Shown here: positions 22,561 through 24,000 of the stretch, in pieces | Position numbering within the stretch: position 1 is the stretch's first letter | Layout: every line of letters begins with the position of its first letter | Origin: Clostridium fermenticellae | GTDB taxonomy: Bacteria > Bacillota > Clostridia > Clostridiales > Clostridiaceae | Assembly (NCBI RefSeq): GCF_003600355.1 | Contig: NZ_CP032416.1 | Location: 306,183 to 330,182 of the forward strand | Length of the DNA stretch: 24,000 nucleotides | Reading direction: 5' to 3' | Position numbers and translations under genes: made by a program | Notes under the pieces: generated by a model | The model's input: the letters and a program-made list of their open reading frames with translations, nothing else | Database searches by the model: none | What the model was told of the DNA's origin: nothing

Positions 22561-23709
22561 TTGAAAAAATTAAGGATTTTTGTTGCTGCACTTATTATAG
22601 CATTTTCAACTGGTAGCACTGTTTTTGCAGATAGTATAACCCTGGATATAGATTCCCGGATGGAAAATGCGGTAAATAACAATTACAATGTAAAAACTGC
22701 AGATATAAAAATACAGCAGAATCAAAATTCATATGACAAGTCCCAAAAAGATGCGGCTATTATAGATGAGGAGCTTTCAAGCGGAACTATTCCTGAAAAT
22801 CAAGTGCTTCAATATGTACAGCAGAGGGATTATCCTCAGATGCAGTATAAGTATGCCATATACGAGTATACAAATACTAAAGAGGTAGCTAAAAATCAGG
22901 CAAAGTTCTCAATATACAGGGAATATGAAACCCTTTTGAATTATAAGGACAATCTGGATCTTGAGCAGGTAAAGCTTAATAACGCAAAGGATAACCTAAA
23001 TACTGCAAAGCTTAAGCTTAGTCTTGGAACAATTTCTGCAACAGATGAAAAACAGGCAGAGGCAGCTTATACGGCAGAGCAGGCACAGTTTAATACAGTT
23101 CAAAGGCAGTATCAAAGTGAGGTTTTAAACATGAATAAGACCTTAAATCTTCCACTTGATACCACATATAAAACTCTTTTGAAGGACAAACTTACTCCAT
23201 CACCGTATATAAGGTCATATGATAACTATAATGCCGACGCAGTTAAAAATAGAGTTGAAGTTTTAAATGGTAATGAGTATATAAAACTTATGAAGTCTGA
23301 GTTTGATACTACAAGTGGAATAGATCCATATACCATGGATGCACCGTATAAAATTGCAAAGTACAACTGGGACATGTCAAAAGAACAGCTCGACATCGAA
23401 AAAATAAATATTTCCCTAGAAATAAACAGTCTTTATAATGACCTTCAAAACAAATCACAGCAAATTGACTCATTAAACGACAGTTATAATCTGGCAGAGG
23501 ATCAGTATAACAAGGCACTTTTAAAATATAATGTCGGTGTAATGAGTAAAATAGACAAGGATCAGTATTATATAAAGGTACTTTCAGCACAGAACAGCTT
23601 AAAGGCTGCACAAAGGGAAGTTTGGCTTGCCCAGATAAAAATCAACTATGCGTGTGGACCTGGATATGATACTTCAAGCTTACTTGGAAGTGGAAGTACA
23701 GCACAGTAA
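22561..23709 (+). CDS. TolC-like (outer membrane efflux protein family) secreted protein
   Basis: A TTG at 22561 lies 7 nt after GGGGGGAGG and gives MKKLRIFVAALIIAFSTGSTVFA|DS (signal peptide). The track start at 22543 lies inside the RBS. The protein has a long coiled-coil-prone, Q/N/K/L-rich sequence with two similar halves and an N-terminal ITLD...ENAVNNN pattern typical of the TolC/OEP family. Confidence 0.7.
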   Translation: MKKLRIFVAALIIAFSTGSTVFADSITLDIDSRMENAVNNNYNVKTADIKIQQNQNSYDKSQKDAAIIDEELSSGTIPENQVLQYVQQRDYPQMQYKYAIYEYTNTKEVAKNQAKFSIYREYETLLNYKDNLDLEQVKLNNAKDNLNTAKLKLSLGTISATDEKQAEAAYTAEQAQFNTVQRQYQSEVLNMNKTLNLPLDTTYKTLLKDKLTPSPYIRSYDNYNADAVKNRVEVLNGNEYIKLMKSEFDTTSGIDPYTMDAPYKIAKYNWDMSKEQLDIEKINISLEINSLYNDLQNKSQQIDSLNDSYNLAEDQYNKALLKYNVGVMSKIDKDQYYIKVLSAQNSLKAAQREVWLAQIKINYACGPGYDTSSLLGSGSTAQ

Positions 23710-23749
23710 AATTTTAAATGTGCAATATATTTTGTGAGGAGTGAAATAA

Positions 23750-24000
23750 GTGATAAATAAGAAATTGGCAGCTGCACTTGCACTGACCTTTGTTATGAGT
23801 ACAGGGGGGGCATGCTTTGCAGCTGATGCAAGTACAAGCACAGGAACATCGCAGAGTACTACAGATGTTTCAAATCCATCGACGGTCAATTTAACGTTAG
23901 ATGATGCTTTAAACAGCATAGAGAAAAATAATAGAAGCATTGGACTATTGGATCAGCAGATAGATTTATGTAATAAACAGTATGACAGTGCACATTCAAA
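23750..24000 (+). CDS. Second TolC-like secreted protein, N-terminal part (truncated by window end)
   Basis: Absent from the ORF track. GTG at 23750 lies 8 nt after GAGGAG (23736..23741). Translation: MINKKLAAALALTFVMSTGGACFA|ADASTSTGTSQSTTDVSNPSTVNLTLDDALNSIEKNNRSIGLLDQQIDLCNKQYDSAHS, open to the window edge. LTLDDAL..IEKNN is a typical OEP-family N-terminus. Confidence 0.65.
   Translation, partial: MINKKLAAALALTFVMSTGGACFAADASTSTGTSQSTTDVSNPSTVNLTLDDALNSIEKNNRSIGLLDQQIDLCNKQYDSAHS

Noticed and set aside
1-24000. Genomic island, prophage or defence-system interpretation of the window
   Set aside because: There is no integrase, transposase, phage structural gene, restriction/modification gene, toxin-antitoxin pair or nuclease/helicase gene. 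There is no flanking tRNA. Gene content is metabolic, envelope and signalling. Composition looks uniformly AT-rich by eye.

Overview
This is an AT-rich, low-GC Firmicutes chromosomal segment, most likely from a Clostridium sensu stricto species. The evidence for that is a clostridial-type agrBD locus, CWB2-anchored surface proteins and a four-subunit 2-oxoacid:ferredoxin oxidoreductase. Gene order is as follows. (1) Two tandem, translationally coupled flavodoxin-fold genes (-). (2) An asparaginase / AsnC-type regulator / aspartate 4-decarboxylase operon (+). (3) A P-loop NTPase followed by a delta-alpha-beta-gamma 2-oxoacid:ferredoxin oxidoreductase operon (+). (4) Stand-alone glmM (+). (5) An agr-type quorum-sensing locus (+): a small membrane protein, agrB, and a 46-codon agrD that is missing from the ORF track, followed by an orphan 6-TM/PAS/HisKA histidine kinase. 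(6) A CWB2-only wall protein and a 1267-aa CWB2-anchored S-layer-type protein (+). (7) Catabolic-type acetolactate synthase and an LDH-family dehydrogenase (-). (8) Two tandem TolC-like secreted proteins (+, the second truncated by the window end). I saw no tRNA, rRNA, CRISPR array, transposase, integrase or recognisable defence genes, and I found no convincing novel protein-coding system. The most unusual content is non-coding. A family of long (about 260-275 bp) whole-length imperfect palindromes, plus centre-deleted, termini-only and solo-terminus derivatives, occupies many intergenic regions, often starting within a few nt of a stop codon. Two diverged subfamilies keep the same unpaired apex sequence while the adjacent stem covaries. 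Other points worth follow-up are the non-canonical agr architecture, the transporter-less Asn->Asp->Ala operon, the S-layer locus with its long AT-rich multi-promoter leader, and the TolC-like pair in a monoderm. All homology calls come from motif recognition by eye. No database search was run.
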